Shown here piece by piece: positions 13,517-25,608 of a stretch of DNA of 63,992 nucleotides. Where the stretch lies: assembly GCA_020137815.1 (NCBI GenBank), contig CM035359.1:806001-869992 (forward strand), read 5' to 3'. The position numbers and the translations under genes were made by a program. Under the pieces are notes generated by a model. The model was not told the DNA's origin. It saw only the letters and a program-made list of their open reading frames with translations, and did no database searches. Source of the stretch: Hormiphora californensis (lineage: Eukaryota > Animalia > Ctenophora). Positions within the stretch are counted from its first letter, which is position 1. Every line of letters starts with the position of its first letter.

Positions 13517-13710
13517 TTCCCACCCCTCCCGAACACAAAAAAGGTCTTTTACTTCTTTCTAACACCATATCCTAATAAAATAACCTATTTAATTTAAATA
13601 TAATCCTACGTCTCACACATATAGTACACACATGCACACATATATGGGTATACCCAGTCCAGATGGCTGATCCTGTTGTAGACACGACTTGTAGAAGGAA
13701 TAGAAAAGTT

Positions 13711-15339
13711 GGTAGTATGGTAGTTAAGGTCGTGCGCACTTTTTGGCGCCATTTGGCGCCAAATTGGCGCCATTTTGGCGCCACGTGGCGCCACGTGGCG
13801 ATATTTTAGCGCCAAATGGCGCCAAAATTTGGCGACTGCGCACAACCGCCAATTTGGCGCCAAAATGGCGCCAAGTTGGCGATTTTTTGGCGCCAAATGG
13901 CGCCACGTGGCGCCAAGTGGCGCCACGTGGCGTTTGTAAATCGCCAAGTGTTGGCGGTATTTGGCGGTACCGCCACGTGGCGATGCGAATTTGTCTGAAT
14001 AAACTGTGTCCATCGCCAAGTGGCGCCAAATTGGCGCCAAATTGGCGATATTACCTAAAATTCCAAATATTCATAACGTCCATCAGAGGAATTCCTATCG
14101 CCAAGTGGCGCCAAATGGCGCCAAGTGGCGCCAATTTGGCGCTAAATTGGCGATTAGATACAAATCGCCAACTTAGCGCCAAATTGGCGCTGCTTGGCGA
14201 TTGCCGCCAACTTAGCGCCAATTTGGCGCCAAATGGCGCTGCTTGGCGCCAATTTGGCGCCAAATTGGCGATTGGACACAAATCGCCAACTTAGCGCTGC
14301 TTGGCGATTGCCGCCAACTTAGCGCCAAAATGGCGATTGGCGCCAAATTAGCGCCAATTTGGCGCCAAATGGCGCTGCTTGGCGCCAATTTAGCGCCAAA
14401 TTGGCGATTGGATAAAAATCGCCAACTAAGCGCCAAATTGGCGCCAAAATGGCGATTGGCGCCAAATTAGCGCCAATTTGGCGCCAAATGGCGCTACTTG
14501 GCGCCAATTTAGCGCCAAATTGGCGATTGGATACAAATCGCCAACTTAGCGCCAAATTGGCGCCAATTTGGCGATTGGCGCCAATTTAGCGCCAATTTGG
14601 CGCCAAATGGCGCTACTTGGCGCCAATTTAGCGCCAAATTGGCGATTGGATACAAATCGCCAACTTAGCGCTAAATTGGCGATTTGTATCCAATCGCCAA
14701 TTTGGCGCTAAATTGGCGCCAAGTAGCGCCATTTGGCGCCAAATTGGCGCTAAATTGGCGCCAATCGCCAAATTGGCGCCAATTTGGCGCTAAGTTGGCG
14801 ATTTGTATCCAATCGCCAATTTGGCGCTAAATTGGCGCCAAGTATCGCCATTTGGCGCCAAATTGGCGCTTATCGCCAAGCAGCGCCAATTTGGCGCCAA
14901 GATTGCGCCAAAGAGGTGGTTAATTTCCGCTTCTGAACGTTCACACTCGCCAAGTGGCGCCAATTTGGCGCCAATTTGGCGCCAAGAGTGAAAAGTACAT
15001 GGCGCCAATTTGGCGCCAATTTGGCGCCACTTGCCGATGGACACAGTTTATTCAGACAAATTCGCATCGCCACGTGGCGGTACCGCCAAATACCGCCAAC
15101 ACTTGGCGATTTACAATCGCCACGTGGCGCCACTTGGCGCCACGTGGCGCCATTTGGCGCCAAAAAATCGCCAACTTGGCGCCATTTTGGCGCCAAATTG
15201 GCGGTTGTGCGCAGTCGCCAAATTTTGGCGCCATTTGGCGCTAAAATATCGCCACGTGGCGCCACGTGGCGCCAAAATGGCGCCAATTTGGCGCCAAATG
15301 GCGCCAAAAAGTGCGCACGACCTTAACTACCATACTACC
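13711..15339. mobile_element. Foldback DNA element (Merlin-like termini) nested in the LTR element
   Basis: ~330-bp TIRs starting GGTAGTATGGTAGTTAAGGTCGTGCGCAC, 8-bp TSD GAAAAGTT (13703-13710 and 15340-15347); the body is built of TTGGCGCCAA palindromic modules. Confidence 0.9.
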
Positions 15340-15619
15340 GAAAAGTTGAAGACTGGAATCCGATGAAGATATGAAAAAGAACATGGATACAAGACTGGTT
15401 CCCCTGGGCACCAACACCACTTTCATCCTGATTCATGAAACCCACCGACCCATTTGGCTGGGCAACAACTCGAACCCTGCTCCGCCTGCTACTGCCCGTC
15501 CCTTCCTTCGGTGATTCCACCCCGCTCTTCATTGAGCCTGACTTGACTGCTCCTCCAGTAGATAATAAAGTCCATGAGTTTAAAAGATCTGGATTTGAAA
15601 AAGTTGTCTGTGGACCTCC

Positions 15620-15955
15620 ACGCAGACCTCCAAGCAGACCTCCAACTGACCTCCAAGCAGACCTCCAACTGACCTCCAAGCAGACCTCCAACTGACCTCC
15701 AAGCAGTTCTCCAAGCAGACCTCCGACTGACCTCCAAGCAGACCTCCAACTGACCTCCAAACTGACCTCCAACTGACCTCCGACTGACCTCCAAGCAGAC
15801 CTCCAACTGACCTCCAAACTGACCTCCAACTGACCTCCGACTGACCTCCAAGCAGACCTCCAACTGACCTCCAAGCAGACCTCCAAGCGGACCTCCAAAC
15901 TGACCTCCAAACTGAACTCCAAACTGAACTCCAAACTGAACTCCAAACTGAACTT
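15620..15955. repeat. 11-12-bp minisatellite inside the LTR element
   Basis: GACCTCCAACT / GACCTCCAAGCA units. Confidence 0.9.
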
Positions 15956-17249
15956 CTCTGGAAACTGAAATAGTCACAGAACATGACAGTGTCCCATATC
16001 TATAGTTTTAGCCATACATTGTCATTTTCCGAAAAATGATGTGTAGAAACAAGCGATGAATAGGTGCCCCCAGGATCCCGTCTGATAACCAGCTGATGAA
16101 GAAAATGTAGTCGTGATACCGTCACATAATAGGAGGCAGGATCTGCATGCAGCCAACACATAAACTGACACCAACACATGCATTACAGATTCTAACCTAA
16201 CTCCAACAACATTACATCCAACCATATAGAACACACACTCACCCACCACACACAAACAAATAATAATAAACGTAGTAAAAACTATGTTTATATTCCGCCC
16301 ATATCCGACAGGGACAGCCCAATGTATATGCTACTGTCACTGAAGGATAATCTGAATATTAAAGTGACCTGAAATACATCAAATTAACCTATGCATTACA
16401 TATTTTAACCTAATAATTCACCCCTACTGTGAACGCACACACCCTATAAAGTGTATTTGAAAGAACACACACTCATACCCACATCACACACAAGCACATA
16501 CATAATAATAATAGTAATTACCCTCATTAGTTTCGCCTATATCCGACAGGGACAGCCCATTGTATATGCTACTGTCACTGAAGGATAAGCTGCACATATT
16601 ATAGTGCCCTAATAAATAGATTAAATTAACCTATACATTTAAATGTGTCCCCTTCTCTACTTCTCATCGCCTCCTCCTCATCTCTTCTTTTCTCCTCTCT
16701 CGATTACCTCCCCATCCTTCAAAGTACTCATTTTCCATACTTCAATCTACAACCATCAGTGAGACCCATCGTATACAAGCTCTAGCAAGCCCGTCTTGCA
16801 TCCCACCCCTCCCGAAAGCAAAAACGGCCCGCCTACCTTGCCAGAACCTATTAACAACACTAATTCTACCATCCAATACCACTTAATCAGCAGAATAAAC
16901 TGCTTACTGCAATTAACACCAATTGATTATTCAGTAATTCCAAATTATTCCTACCCGTATCACCTTCCCTACCTTACCTTTTGACCTTAATGAAATCTTC
17001 CTAACCTCCAACCTAATTTCTATCGTTATTATTTGTGAAACAATTATAAATTGTTTCCCAACAATCCCCAATTAAACTTAGAAAAAGCTACCTCCCTTGC
17101 TACCTCCCGTGTAATTTCCTGATAAATTAACTATTTAACTACACTATCGCCTCGCCACCCTTTCATCCACCGTTAAAAGATCTATTGCAATTGCATGGAT
17201 TTTAGAGGATTGCGTTCCTATCCATAAAACCTATTAAAGCTCCTCCGAA

Positions 17250-17760
17250 CTATTCAAACTTGCTGGCCTGGTCTTGAATTCTGTTCCCAACCCAGATTCA
17301 ACCTAGAATGCGTCTACATGCACTACTTGTAGACGCTGATACGTTTCAGCTTCCCCTCAAAGCATCTCCAACCCCTCCACCCCCGTACATGGTCAATCTT
17401 GATGTTCTTGCAAGCTCCCGATTGATTGACAAACACTCCCAACCCCTTGCAAGACATCGCCCTAAGTGCTGGCCAATTAAAAGGTTGTTGTTTCGGGACT
17501 TAAGAAACAACCAATAGGAGTCAAGAATTAATACTTCAAGTTAGCGTTGTTTTGACCTTGATATACGCTATCTATCTCAGCCAAAACCTCAAAGCATAAT
17601 TCTCCCGCCGGCTATTAGGTTAATTTTATCCACAATTTCGTCAAATTATGGAAAGGAACTTCACGGTGCACCACGTGAAATATGACCTTTAATCATGTGT
17701 GCCCTAAACCATCCCATTCCCAGGCAACACACGGAAACGTATCAACAAGACCAGTTAAAT
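17250..17760 (-). pseudogene. Highly decayed BEL/Pao-like integrase C-terminal remnant
   Basis: Frame-hopping fragments in the expected order: GAP*, VLAEIDSV, FLTPIGCFL/NNLLIGQ, VGDAL, TRP. VILSDNG occurs upstream at ~18940-18960. Recognised by eye only. Confidence 0.4.
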
Positions 17761-20700
17761 ATTCTTGACCTGACCACCACCAACGTGTCGCCAATAGTTT
17801 GCACAATATTATAGCCAATATTGGTAAAACATGGACAGATTGCCTAAAAAAGGAACGCAATAAATCCTCACCTGAACCTTCACTTCCCCGTGCTTCCCAA
17901 CCGTGGCCTTATCATTATAATCCATGCATTGCTTATGTAGTCTTGAGGGATCAGATCACATACAAAAAGAGAAGAGAAAGAGCGAGAGAGAGAAAAACAG
18001 TGATGTAGAAAATGAAAAGAGGGAGAGATGCAATGATATGCGAAAGAGAAAGAGAAGAGAATAGAATGAGGAGTGAGAGATAAAGAGGGAAATTTAGATT
18101 AATCGAGAAAGAGACGGAGACACAGAAAAAGAGACAGAAAAAGAGACAGCAGGAGACTCAGATAAAAGAGAGATAGAGTCACTGTCAGAAGGAAAGAGTG
18201 AAAAAATGGGAGGCAGAGGAGAAGGGGAAAAAAAGAGAGATGAAGAGAGACATAGAAAAAGGAGGGAGACAGAGAGAACGATAAAAAGAAAAGTATACAC
18301 ATCCTGTAGGTAAATAATATCCTATACCTTCTCCAGCATTCTCTCTGTCAGGCATCAGCCCACCGAACATCCTACCTAGTGCACTCCAGTCACTGGCTCC
18401 CAAGTGTGTTACACCGAACACTTCCTAAACGCTGAGGTAGAGACTATTTCCTGACCGGTATTCCCACTCCCCTGGAAAATAAAAACTTTCCCACTTCCCA
18501 CTATCACTTGCACCAAACCTTCTGACATATCAGTGAGATTATCACCCCTCGCCATCACTATCACCCTCATACAAAGGCAACTCACAGTTCACACTTTTAT
18601 GCACTGAATGATATGAAACTGACCAACCTACTCATACGACAACAATCACACACCGTTGACACATTCACTCACACCTACGATCACTCACTCTGCCATCACA
18701 CATGAAAATGCCATGCTCCGGTCCCACCTTGTGTAGTGCACAAAGATAATAATGCCCGGAAACGAGTCTCTACCCCATTTAGCCTCCAAGACCACCTTTT
18801 CCCAAAAGAGAGAGATAGAGAAAAAATGAGCGAGAGAGATAAAGCATAAAAGAGCAATAGAAGCTAGAAAACAGACAGAGATGCAAAGATGCAGTGTGAA
18901 ACCTGATCCACCTGATGCATGTTTGTTATGCCCAAAATATCCATTATCAGACAAAATCACCTCCCATCACCTAGGATCAGATCCCAACCGCCAGATTTTT
19001 GCCTTGAATCCCCCACCGAGAGGGAGCAAAGAGAAGAAGAGAAAGAGCAAACACGAATTCCGAGAAAGTGAGAGAGAGAAAACAGGACAAGAATTCAGCG
19101 AGAAAGTGAAAGAGAAAGCAGAACAAGAATTCAGAGAGAAAGTGAGAGAGAAACAGAACAAGAATTCAGCGAGAAAGCAAAGTGATAGAGAAAACAGGAC
19201 AAGAATTCGAGAGAAAGTGATAGAGAACACAGAACAAGAATTCAGAGAGATAGTGAGAGAGAAAAAGAACAAAAATTCGGAGAGAAAGGGAGATATACGA
19301 AAAGAGAACAAGAATTCAGAGAGAAAGGGAGATATACGAAAAGGGAAAGAAATAAGGAAGCGAGAGATGAAGGAGATCAATCATAGTCTTGAGAAATAGA
19401 GAAAAAGATAAAGAGAAAGATTCAAAGTCATTGAGAGCAAAATAAGAAATGAGAGAGAAAGCGATAGTGAGAGAGGGAGAAAAAGAGATGCGAAAACCGA
19501 GAAAAACAGATTTCTGTATTTGTGATCTATACGAACGCCTCAATTCTATTACTATTCTTATACCTAACCAATTAGCGCCCTCCCCTGCTTTTACACCGCC
19601 TACAAGATCTGTGGCTCGATTCTAAAACGTGCCGCCCAGAATTACTGGCTACACCATGCCGCCTAAACTTGTCATCTAGAAGAGCCAAAACTTTATCCTA
19701 GAATCCTACACCCCACAGCTTATACGGGAGCTCCCTCCCCCACCCACGATCTATCGTGTATCTTACCACCCCTGAGGTGGGCCCTATTGTTCATTCAACC
19801 TGTTAACTTATACCTCAGCCTCATGTACACCAGTGCCTCTAACCCTAAACCTTTTCAACTAGAATGAGACGTTTATCAGTTAGGATACCTCGAAACACTA
19901 AAATGTACCCTCTCCTTAGGCGCTTATAACCCTATAAACTTAAAATACTAAACATGTACCTTTTACACCTCCTATCTGATGATGTATCCTGTAATTGTAA
20001 ACATGTTGCCCATTCGTGCAAAATTAGGGACTTTAGTTAAAAATAATCATATATGGACCTTAACACAAGCTACCTCCTATCCCTGTTTTAAACTGTCTAG
20101 TGACATTTACCACATGCTGTATACTTACAGAGCATTTCGTCTCATACCCGCTTAAATTGGCTGCCCCAACTTCAAGGCTATCACTCCATCATATCAGAGT
20201 ATCCACACTTATCTCAGCACTTCTCAGCAGTACACCTCCCACTTGATATCTTCCAGCATCGAGATTACCTCCAACTCGTATCACAGGACTATCACTCCTT
20301 CATTCTATCACCGCCGTCAGAACGTACCTTCGTCAGAACATCTCCTCCAGAACACCTCCGTCAGAACACCTCCTTCAGAACACCTCCGTCAGAACACCTC
20401 CGTCAAAACACCTCCGTCAGAACACCTCCGTAAGAACACCTCCAGCACAGTACAGCATTTACCCCTCCAGCAACTTCCATCCGTGTAGCTCCATTTTTCA
20501 AACCAAACCATCTGAAAATAATGAACGCATTTCCTGAAAACTTATGTTACTACTACCCACGAGAATGATCCATTCCATTGTAACATAATTCCAGAGACAG
20601 GAGCTAGAATTCCTCAGTAGACAACGGAAGTGTAATTGTGCTGTCGACGTTGCCAATTCCTCAGTATGAGTCCTCCAATAACCTCCATTCAAAAGCTCCG

Positions 20701-21205
20701 ATGTCCGAACCGCCTCACGGGATCAAATACATTTCCTGAAACAAAACCTCACCTTCCCTTGTTGTTAGTTACCTCCTAGCCTAATTTAACCTCTATAAAC
20801 TACAAAAAGGCTAAAAATATTGTGGCTGACCTGCGGACGCGGAACTTGAACAAATAACACAAAACAAAACAGGCACCTCCAAACCCCCTTTATAGCAGAA
20901 ATTTCCACAGCATTGACCAAGCCAGCCCGGCAGTGTAATTTGCTTCCCACACAACCCTGCCACTAGTAGGTTGATCACTGCCATACACGCAGTTGTGATA
21001 AATCCCCACACAATTGTAATTTCCCCTTTCATTTAACAGCTCATATTACCGCCCGGTAATCCCAAATAAACATTCTAAAACTAGCCTGCCCACTCTAATC
21101 TCACTTCATAACTGCCCTATCTCTCCTCATACTCTCCTAAATCTCTCTCAATAATAATAAATCCTTAGGTTTTACCAAAAAATTAAAACGTTCGTTGGAC
21201 CAAAA

Positions 21206-22439
21206 TGTAGGGGGCGACCTGACCGCCGCCACCAGGCCGTGGCCCGGACTGTAAAAAGCCACGGATGCACAAGACATTGTACTAAATGTATAGTACCCTG
21301 TGCAAGTGCCTGGGCCCCCTACGGAGAGTCCCTGGCTCTCCGTCCATAAAGAGAACTAATGTTAGGCCAGCCATAATCCTTGACCGAGTAGACAAATGAA
21401 AACAAACGATATACGTGTAAAAGAGGAGATCTTCCCTTGTCTCGGTGGCAACGGCTCTAGTATCCATGGACTAACCACTACACTACTCAACCAATACAAG
21501 TCCAACTGATACACCAGCCGCAACCACTGGGCCGCCGGGAGATCCCCTTTCGGAAACTCTGACACACCGCCAGGATTCCTATATAAATCTCCATTTAATA
21601 CTCCCTTTAAATATACAAATAATATACACTCAATCCATGCTCAACAAAAGTAATGATACACTAAACACTCGTGCCTCTCCAATACTCTCTCTCTCCTCTG
21701 AACTATACTCCTCTACAACTCCTCCTCTCATGTCTTGACTACCTCCTGCCCAATAAGACCTAAATCAATCCCCAACTAACTCCACCAAGCTATACCTCCA
21801 CCAAGCTGCACTTCATTGTTCCACCTTGTATTGTGGCCTACTAGCAATGCTAGCAATATGGCCGCCCTCATTACGAGACCCAAGCTGACAATATAAGGAA
21901 GTTTGGCCGCAGACAAACTCCCTTTCTACAATCCAAACTAGCTGGTCCGTACACCAAAACCTTGTGTCCAGAACTCTCTGTCTCCTCCAATCTCCCAAAC
22001 TATGTCCCGTCCGTTGCGTGACCTCCCACTACCACGTGTCCTTGCCGGCCCTGGCTCCATCAGCCAATCCCATTTGACCACGTTGGTTACCGATAATCTG
22101 ACTGACCGCCACCCTCCTTATCACTCCTAACGGCGACATGATGGCTAGCGGCTGCACCTCTGCAGCTTTGCAGCGGTGCAGAAACCAGCTTCCCATACAA
22201 CCAATCTTTCTCTCTCTCTCAACAACTCGAGTGGTGATCTAAAGCCCATTTAATATAGCAACGGCCGCTCTAACCTCTAGTATAGATAATAATATTCCGT
22301 TGCAAAATATAATGACAATAACTGATGTGCAGCCTGCACCCACACAACATATACCGAAACATATTAGGACACAATATATATGAGGAATTATATAGGGACT
22401 TGTAGGAGCAAGCAATGCTTGTCAATTGCGTGCCCTACA
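21206..22439 (-). repeat. 5' LTR
   Basis: Direct repeat of 12283-13516; PBS-like sequence at ~21190-21202. Confidence 0.95.
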
Positions 22440-23202
22440 ATTGTGTTGTAGATTATTATAGGAATGCAAGGCTGCTTGTAGTGAGAAAACGTTATCCAGG
22501 AAATACGAAATAAGAAGACGCGCTAGATCGTGCTGAACAAGTGCACTTTATTAGTTTATAAGTACCCGCACTTTATTAGTTAAGTACCCGCGCATTAACG
22601 GTTAAATACGGTATCTCTTCACTAGACGCGGCATTGTATGTAAGCTGTGTTTATAAGATTGGGTTACTGTTTGGGGGTAGTTATCGACTCTACTATTATA
22701 AGGTTGGGTTACCATATTTTAAATCGATTAAAGTTTATTTTATTTTGTTTATTAGTGGAAGCTGTTTATTTTAATTTCTGAAAAAGCAAATGAAAACAAA
22801 ACCTTACTAATTGTGGTTAAAATATTTGTTGTTTAATTGTTATTGCTGTATAATATATTTGTTCTAGAAACTCCTACAAAAATGTCTTAATATCGTATAA
22901 TTTATATCTAACCTATTCAGTCAAACATCAACTTAACGGAATCCTTGTATAATTGGGTGAAGGGTGTTTGCACCGCAGTAAACAGATAGGTCCGGTACAT
23001 TGAGGTTTCACTGTCCCATATTAGCTTGGTATATCCTAGTGAAGGGCAACAAAAGGACCCCATGATACTCGGCAAACCCTAGAATCATTCAAATACACGC
23101 AACTACATGTTCTATACAGTTTGTTTGATGTTGTGTTTGTAGTAACAACAACACATGTCATTACGATTATGTTGTGTTTGATTAAGTAACAACTCATTAG
23201 TT

Positions 23203-24286
23203 TTACAGTTCATGGTCCTGATGCTGGATCGAACTAACACCCTCTCCTCCTTCCTCTTCTTGGGTGTAACATTGGGATGTCAAACTTCCCTCCCCAGACA
23301 TTCCCTGTCCACATTTGATCTGCAGAATATATATCATTTAGTGGGGGATCATAATTTGATTAGTTGGGGTGGTGCATGTCAAGGGTTTTGAGAATGGTTC
23401 AACTTGTCTAGATATATGTTTAGTATATTCGAGAACTTATTCTAATCTGTCTAGACATGGCAGGGTGGTGTAGTGGCCTACTGTCTAGACATATGTCTAG
23501 ATATATGTTTAGAATATTCGAGAACTTATTCTGTCTAGACATGTCTCTTTACTACATCTAATCCTTTCTACTTCCCCAGTACCATTACATTTCTCACGTC
23601 GATAGCACCATAACATTATTATAATTGCTATATGCTGCCCACAACGTACTATTCTTAAGGCAGCGGATTACGGGGGCCCGAATAGATTACCTTCCGTTCC
23701 AGATAGACAAGGAGCACTAGAGATATGTATCCGATCACAATTCCATACATCACATCCTCCCAATGATGATAGTATTCAGTGTACCGGGTTAGTGCTACAA
23801 CTGGGCCAACAACAAACATCAGAATCCCCTGCAAGGAGGATCACGTGTCAATATGTGAGGGAGGGAGAAGGGGTAAAATAGTGAGTGAGTGGGGACTGGA
23901 GAGTGAAATAGTGAGTGGGGAGGGTAGGCGGCTGGCGGACTCTAGTGCTAACGGACTCTCTATCTAAAAGCGGACTCTTTTTACTTCCAGAATATCGGCA
24001 GTTGAAGGGATGTGCAGTGACTTCTAGTTCTCGTTTTGGCTGTCAGACACTGTCAGACACTGTCAGACACTGTCAGACACTGTCAGAGCATTGGCCTGAC
24101 AGTGTCTTGTCTCGTTTTGTAGATAAAGAGTCTGCACAATGTAAACTTTTTAGACATCAAGTCTCCTGGTACATTTTGGCGCCAAAGCAAATCCCCCAAC
24201 CCGGACTCTACGTCTAAAATCCTAAACCAACCCAGAATCTAACCCCACCCCAACCCCTGCCCTAACCTCGAACCCAAAGAGAGTGA

Positions 24287-24331
<45 letters not shown>

Positions 24332-25568
24332 CCTTTGATTACCTTTGACAAGGTTTAGCTGAAGTAGCTTGGAATCCACTTTAGTAATGGACCCGTTGGA
24401 ATGTTCCTGCTGGTCTAATAGATAACAACAGGAACACTATAGCAAACAAAGAAGGCAATTTAATGAAATAAATGAAAAGAAGAAACTTAAATGAATAGCA
24501 CTCTCAGTAAGTACTACTGTGTCCCCGAGGAGACCTCCACCACCTCGCCCTTTTTGATCCTAAACGACTTCCCAGGGCTCCGCTCCTTCTCCTCTTTCAA
24601 CTTTTTCACTAGGACCGCCCGAGCCGCTCTCTCCTCAGAAGTAAGGTCGGGAGAGATATAAACTCGGGAAAACACTTCACTCTCTCTGAGTCGTGTCTTC
24701 TTACCAAGAATACACGACTGCATCTCCTTACTTGTCAGGGTTAACTTCAGGGGTCTAGTCTGACCTGCTGAAAATCTCCCCAACCGCTGAGCACGTTTCA
24801 CAAGAGGTTTCTCCGCGAGTGTTGTCCACAGCTCCGGTAACAGTTCCTCGCTGTCTCCAGGACTGTCAGTCAGCCCGTGGATGACAATATTACACGACCT
24901 ATCCTCGCTTGCTGCAGCAACAGCCTTCTGGATCCTACTAGGAGCCAAGGCTGTCTCGCATTCCCTCTTTAACGCAGATGAGAAGCTATGAATCTCCTCT
25001 TTTGCAATAATCTGTACCTCTGTAATCACTTCCTCTCTCTTCTCCAAGAGCTGCTCCTGCAGTTTAAGTAACTGCTCCTGGGCACCAACTAGTGCCTTCT
25101 GGGCGGAGATAAGATCCTCCTGACGCTCTATGAGCTTCTTCTCTATCTCACTGCACTTCCTAGCTTCATTAAACTGACTCCTCATTACAGGGAACAACCT
25201 CTCAACCAACAACTTGCCAGTCATCTCCACCCACGCAACTAAATCATTTTTATCCACCTTATCTAATTTGTACTTAGAGGGGGCAGATAAAGTGTCCCAT
25301 AGACTCTCCTCTGCACCATTATACTCTGCACTAAACACGCCCGTGGTGGGACGTGCTCCAGCCATCGCAAATAGTTCCTCTATCATTTCCACAGTTTCTA
25401 CATGTACATTTTCCAGCTCTGAGTCACTAATTGACTTGTTACCACTAACCAAGACTCTAGGACTCACACTCATAACGGTGAAAAGTGACCGTTACAACTA
25501 TAAAGATAAGAGACGGACGATTTTCAATGCACAAGCGATAAGAACAAGCAAGAAAAGAGAGAGAGAGA

Positions 25569-25608
<40 letters not shown>

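Larger units (their letters stand above)
12283..22439 (-). mobile_element. LTR retrotransposon, non-autonomous (LARD-like), with decayed BEL/Pao-like interior
   Basis: LTRs at 12283-13516 and 21206-22439 (both 1234 bp, TGTAGGG...CCCTACA), 4-bp TSD ATTG. On the minus strand a PBS-like TGGTCCAACGAAC lies next to the right LTR and a PPT GGGAGGGGTGGGAA next to the left LTR. No intact gag/pol ORF. Confidence 0.93.

Noticed and set aside
13572-15984. Many overlapping APNWRQ / LEVS ORFs
   Set aside because: Artefacts of palindromic modules and a minisatellite.
23203-23217. C-terminal DHEL of the PAP2 protein as an ER-retrieval signal
   Set aside because: Not HDEL/KDEL, and the tail of PAP2 enzymes is cytosolic.
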